Of a stretch of DNA of 64,000 nt, positions 61,311 through 64,000 are shown piece after piece. The position numbers and the translations under genes were made by a program. The notes beneath the pieces are model-generated. The model was not told the DNA's origin. It did not search any database and saw only the letters and a list, made by a program, of their open reading frames with translations. Source of the stretch: Azolla caroliniana (taxonomy: Eukaryota; Plantae; Polypodiophyta); contig JBHGNT010000012.1 in NCBI GenBank assembly GCA_043228905.1, forward strand, positions 12,152,001 through 12,216,000, given 5' to 3'. Position 1 is the first letter of the stretch, and every line of letters starts with the position of its first letter.

Positions 61311-63039
61311 CTATGTAGATCTACCAATAGTCAACTATTGTACCCGATAGAAACAATAGGTCGAACATTCAACTATGAACATGCTATCAAGATGATTTTG
61401 TCTGGCTCAATTACGCCCAACATAGCCTTCTGGATCATCTCTCGATCCTTGTGTTCTTCGGCAAGCATGTCGGAAGTCTGCTACAATCTCTCGGCGAGCC
61501 ACTCAATGAGTTTGTAGGATATCCCGAATTGTAATAGTGCTGCAAACTCGTGGCCGTAGGTGGTACTTCGGGTAGACCAATTACTTCATTCGGGGACATA
61601 GTCGGTGATTTCCCCATTTCGATAGGTTGTGATTCGGCCTGTTCGACTCTGTTGGTTGTCAGTGCTTCATCTTGTAGTGGTCGATCCACCGACTCCTGGT
61701 TCTCGACCCTTTTAGTCTTGGTCAATCGATTCTCTTGTTCTAGTTGGGTGTGTCACTGACTTTTGTTTGATTCTTGTCTTCTTTGGTTATTCAGGTTGGG
61801 GTACTGATGTCAACTTCTATGGATGAGTCGGGTCCGGCTCTTGCTGCTTTTCGACTTAAGTTTCAGGGTCTACTCCGGTATTTGTTGGGTTTCATGTGGT
61901 GTGCGTTGATTTGGTTCCGGTTCCTGCCATTCTTCACGTGGAACTGTTCTCCGGACCGTTGGCATCGACGCCGATCATGATGATTGCCCCTTCTCCTTCC
62001 TTGGGGGCTTACATTGGACGTCTGTGTTGGGTGTCGAGCATAAAAGTGTAAGCCACCGAGCAAAAATCGGCTTCATCGATTTCCCATTCTACACCCCTTA
62101 CAACTGCTCCCTGAGTGTGATTCCTGTGATGTACCCCTAATCGATTTTTTCCCCTTCGTATGTTGCTATTCTGAACCTTGCCCATTGTTTGGGCATGCGG
62201 TAGGAGCGTGGACTAATGCATGTGATTTCTAACAGAAATTTTACCACTTCTTGAAAAAATTCATCATTCCCCCCTTGTGTTTGATAGCTTCTACAAATGG
62301 CAAGTATTCCCCGAAATACGATTGCAGAATGTCGTCTTTGAAGGTATCCATTACGTCATACACTTCTCTTTTCAAATTAAGGAATCTTCACACCTGTTTA
62401 TTGGTTATTTTGTCAATGTTGATTTCCTTGATGATGCCTTCGATGTGTGGGTAAGGTTCTGCATTTGGTACTCACAGGTACCCTTCTAAGCCTTTCGACT
62501 GCAACCATTTCTGTAACTAAGGTCATTGTTATCGGCACTTGACGCAGAAAGCCTAAATGCAACCATTTCAAACACTTGAATCAACATTATGTCAAGTTCG
62601 TCTTCGTAACTAAGGTCATTGTTATCGGCGCTTGACAGAGAAAGCCCGAATGTTTGTGTGGTATGTTGTTGTTTGCTACCTGCAATGTTTTGTTCTCTGT
62701 GAATGCTCTTTATGAGGATGCTTCACGCTCTATTCGCTTGTAGACTTTTTTGTTTACCTGTAACAGAGAATGTAGCTGAAGGAGTTTTTGTGGAAAAGTG
62801 GTCCTTTTTTCGAGACAACACATTACAAATAGAATGTGTTATTATTAGCTCTTTAATGACCACCACTCGTAATGAATACCGAATCATAAGATTGCTTGTC
62901 CATTTATAGTCTGAAAGGGACAATGCCAAGAATTAATGATTACAATATTACTTTTTCTCTTATGTGTATTTCTGCCACGATTTTCTTTTTCTTCTTTTTT
63001 ATTTTTTTATTTTTATAGTACTAATATAATAATGTCCTC

Positions 63040-64000
63040 ATCACCAACTTATAGCGTAGTCAACAGACTACCTGTGTCAGCGCTTTGTTCAAATGGATTT
63101 GGCAAATTTGGTCCCCGATATGGCTTGAGTCAGAACTCATTGACACATTTCGGCAAGATCTCCCCAGCTAATGTGGCGACTTGATAAGTACCATCTTTGA
63201 TGTCGATGATCCTATATAGGCTGATTCATTGGAATCTTACCTTTCCCGGCATGGAACCTATCTTTGTTTGAAAAACCAATACTGGCTTGCTAACTTTGAA
63301 CAACTTTTCCTTATTGTGTCGGTGTCAGTCGACAAACGCGTTAGTTCACATTTGTTTTTGCTCTAACTGACATATGGCTTACAACCGACTCTCCTCTAGC
63401 AACAACAATTGCTCCTTCCGAATTCGTTCCGATTGCTCCTCATCGAATCGTTCGTTGTGTTGGTCAACAAACGCCTTTGTTTCTACTCTAATTGACACAT
63501 GGCTTGCAACCGACTCTCCTCTAGCAACAACAGTTGCTCCTTTTTAATTTGTTCCGACTACTCCTCATCAAGTCGTTCGGTTACCTGGATGTAGAGTGTC
63601 AGAATTTGAAACTCGATCGGCATTTCTTCCTCTAATCCGAACACCAGTGAGAATGGAGTTGACTTGATCATTGCCTTATACATGGTGCGGTAAGCCCATA
63701 AAGCACCATGGATTTTCTGATCCCATTCGATGCGATTTTCATTGATTATCTTTCGCAGAATCATTTGCAATGTCTTATTTGTTGATTTGGCCAATCCATT
63801 AGCTTGTGGATAGTAAGAAGTACTCCTTTTATGCATAACCACATTATAATTTGACAACTCATGAACAATTTTGTTAACAAAATGAGTACCCTGATCACTT
63901 ACTAACTCGATTGGGAAACTGAATCAGCACCATATGTATTCATAAAGGAATTTTGTTGTCGACACTACTATATTATCACGAAGCACTTTGGCTTCCACCC
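63040..64000 (-). pseudogene. Gypsy (Athila/Tat-like) integrase remnant; runs off the right edge
   Basis: FPIELVSDQGTHF, STSYYPQANGLA, ALWAYRT and TPFSLVFG. Internal about 127-bp tandem duplication near 63335-63580. Confidence 0.85.

Overview
Land-plant nuclear DNA. A seed-free vascular plant such as a fern is inferred from the retrotransposon lineages and PPR type; it is not established. About 90% is nested LTR retrotransposons around one host gene, an intronless PLS-class PPR gene (28013-30397, minus) with a truncated E domain and no DYW domain. Family labels A-H are my own. Ty3/Gypsy: A (non-chromovirus, tRNA-Trp primed); B (self-priming chromovirus, one intact copy at 37298-42982); C and D (LTRs only, A-like); E (iMet-primed chromovirus with TG...TA termini). 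Ty1/Copia: F, G and H. There is also a 3.9 kb TIR element with a 4-bp TSD carrying a hairpin array. Main observation: LTRs of four Gypsy families (A, B, C, D; 11 copies), spanning both chromovirus and non-chromovirus branches, each carry a tRNA-like Pol III A-box/B-box module in U3. It lies upstream of the TATA box and is always antisense to the element. Also seen: two predicted -1 frameshift signals (one placed after protease), a conserved structured core in E-type LTRs, a head-to-head junction of two LTR ends at their primer sites, and NCGT target sites for the A/D lineage.
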